Positions 62,001 to 64,000 of a DNA stretch of 64,000 nucleotides are shown in pieces. The translations under genes were made by a program, and so were the position numbers. This DNA comes from Entomortierella parvispora E1425 (lineage: Eukaryota; Fungi; Mortierellomycota). The stretch's first letter is position 1, and every line of letters starts with the position of its first letter. The notes beneath the pieces were generated by a model. The model did not search any database and was not told the origin of the DNA. It saw only the letters and a program-made list of their open reading frames with translations. Location: the NCBI GenBank assembly GCA_020891255.1, contig BQFW01000010.1, positions 930,001 through 994,000 on the forward strand. Direction: 5' to 3'.

Positions 62001-63476
62001 GCTTTCTTGAGTTCCACTTTGTTGACTATAGACAAAAGTCGCCGGTGAATGTCCAGCGTTGGACTGTTTCCATCTGCATTTAGAGCTGTCTCCTCACAAT
62101 GAACAAATGCCTTCACTGCATTGTCATAGCTGTTGGCTAACACGCTCAGCTGCTTGTTGGCAGTGGCTATTCGTCGAAGATCCTTCTGGTGGGCCTTTAC
62201 TGAGGAAGGGTCGGCGATCCTCCTCAGACGTTTCTCGCAACTCGCGATGGCTGCAGCCTTTGACTCCTCCGCAGTCTGATGTATGGCACGGACATACTCT
62301 TTGATTTGCTGGTAAATCCATTTTGCCTGGTCATCTTTGCTGGCAACGTTAGAGCTCCCCGTCACAAGCTGTCTAACCTTGGCCATGTTCGATGCCAGCT
62401 GGTAGAGTGGCATGCCTGCGGTATAGTCATTGGTCGTCAAGACAGAAACGAGTACGAGATGCGCCGGAGTTTGGAGCTCGAGTTCGTCCAAAAGTGTCTG
62501 CTTACCGAAAGTGGTCCAAGTCAAGGGCCGACCAACGGGCATTGTGATTGTGGTCACCGACTCGTATGCCATAAAGTCTGAATCTTTGGTAATGATCCTG
62601 ACATTATCTGGTGAATGGGCATTCGTCACGCGGTTTGCAATGCATGTGTCACTCTGGTGGGTACACTGGCATATTTTCCATCCGCTTTCATGAAGTTGTG
62701 TGATGATATCCCTGATTGCGCTCGCGGGAACTCGGTACGAAGCCTTCACCCTCTTGTATAGTTGGGTAGTATTCCTGATCCTGCCCCCGTCATAGTCTTT
62801 CTCTAGCTTGCCGACTCGCGTCTCCAAGGTTTGGTCGCGCTTTCTGTGAGCAAGTTCCTTCTCCAGGGACCGGGAACCGTCGAAATGAAGTGTTGTATGA
62901 TCCTTGCTCAAGTAGGACACAAGGATTCGATCGATTGTCTTCCCCAAGGATCGATAATCCTAAGAAGCAGCGCGATTGAGACGGTAAGTATTCTAATCGA
63001 AAAGGCATGACTCTTGTTGTAATGATCAGACTCTCTCTAAATGTAGAGTAGATATACAGATATACGTACAACGCTCCTTTCCTCAGCATCGTTTGCTTCC
63101 AGTGAACCGTCTTGATTGAAACGAATTTGGGATGGTCGTTCTGCCAGCATATCCTGCATCGCTGCTACAATGCCATAAGGGTGCTTTGGCTTGAAGGATC
63201 CACCCGGGCGCGTTTTCGATGCAGACTGGCCTCATCTGTTCCTGGTCGCTTCGGAATGGTTGTTGACGGTGGTGTAGACGCGCTCGTTGGGACATCGGGC
63301 GAAGCTACCTGTCGCCGAGCATTTTTGGCTGCGAACGCCACATCCAGGTGGAAACCATGACTGTGAATTATTCCGAAAAACATGGAGGCGCAGTCCACAT
63401 GACAGGTGAATCCTCGAAGGTCCTCCTCAACTCCATCGGTCGATTTGATCCTAGCTGCAAGGCCCTGGATTCCCAT
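59030..63476 (-). pseudogene. PIN (XPG/FEN1-like) nuclease fused to Fanzor/TnpB RuvC + zinc finger, 5 exons, about 1370 aa when repaired
   Basis: Exons 63476-63070, 62992-61758, 61678-60919, 60833-59388, 59299-59030. PIN motifs: MGIQGL...HVD, HFDG, QSDTCIA, TKDSDFMAY, TNDY. RuvC: VIGIDPGE, VIFVLGNGKF, GDEYLSSTMCPTC, CTQC, HRDCVGAHNIA. One 1-nt deletion near 63195 and one TAG at 62960-62962. Confidence 0.85.
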
Positions 63477-64000
63477 GGTAATCTATGGCATTGTTGTGTT
63501 TAGAAGAAAGTTAGTGTCATTACTTTTTGCTTGTCTAGCTCTGGCGGGGTCCAGATGGTAGCGAAATGCAACGAAAAGCATACAGGCTTTGTCCACGAAA
63601 GGGTGAATGACGGTGCAGTAAACAAGGAGAATGAAGACTAATGGTGTGTGTGTGTGTGTGTGTGTGTGAATGTGGGTTGGAGGAGCTGGAGCTGTTGATG
63701 ATTTGAAAGGAGGATCCAAAGAATGGAAAGTGAAGGCGGACGAATGACCAAAGTGCTGCTTTTCCCATAGTCTATCCTCTTTTTATCAGTTCCTTGCGCG
63801 TGGTTCAACTGATGGAACCCAGCGGCCCGTCCTCTGAAAACACAACCCATAACACATCCAGCTCAGTAGGAAACACACTTGTCGCTATCTCCTTTCATGC
63901 TCTACGATCACATGGTCGGGAGAAGACAAAGAGACGATATCTTTTCACGATGGTTTATTCTAAAACTCGAGACGCGTATGGCACTCCTCAAAACAGTTTC

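Larger units (their letters stand above)
52379..63476. mobile_element. Putative composite Crypton-type transposon carrying Fanzor genes (ends not defined)
   Basis: Convergent tyrosine recombinase (+) and PIN-Fanzor (-) genes plus a decayed Fanzor fragment, with no host housekeeping genes in between. Terminal repeats were not found. Confidence 0.5.

Noticed and set aside
63480-64000. Right terminus of the Crypton-Fanzor element
   Set aside because: No direct or inverted repeat matching the 52.1-52.5 kb region was found by eye; the end may lie outside the window.
1-64000. CRISPR array, tRNA or rRNA genes
   Set aside because: No repeat-spacer array was seen (tandem repeats lack unique spacers), and no tRNA T-loop/cloverleaf or rRNA signature was recognised.

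Overview
Intron-rich fungal genomic DNA. The F-box/LRR family type, the Crinkler-like gene, the intron style and the retention of genes lost in Dikarya suggest Mortierellaceae (Mucoromycota); this is an inference. Positions 1-52 kb hold mostly housekeeping genes: RSM22, GRC3/NOL9, a DUF3533/Sng1-like membrane protein, UGO1, SCAI, an aspartic protease, RPS13, MED23, an EF-hand MscS channel and KHA1. An accessory patch at about 2.6-10.3 kb holds a BTB protein, a UBL-RBR ligase, a decayed Crinkler-like gene and an expansin-like protein. Two highlights. (1) At 52.4-63.5 kb, a 7-exon Crypton-type tyrosine recombinase gene lies convergent with a 5-exon, about 1370-aa gene that fuses an XPG/FEN1-type PIN nuclease domain to a Fanzor/TnpB RuvC + zinc-finger module. 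A second, older decayed Fanzor fragment and hairpin-rich non-coding DNA (candidate omegaRNA) lie between them. Both large genes carry few inactivating lesions and can be reconstructed. (2) At 20.7-22.4 kb, a nuclear gene encodes a probable mitochondrion-targeted homolog of the bacterial RNase P protein (RnpA). All assignments come from motif recognition and manual splicing; no database searches were run.
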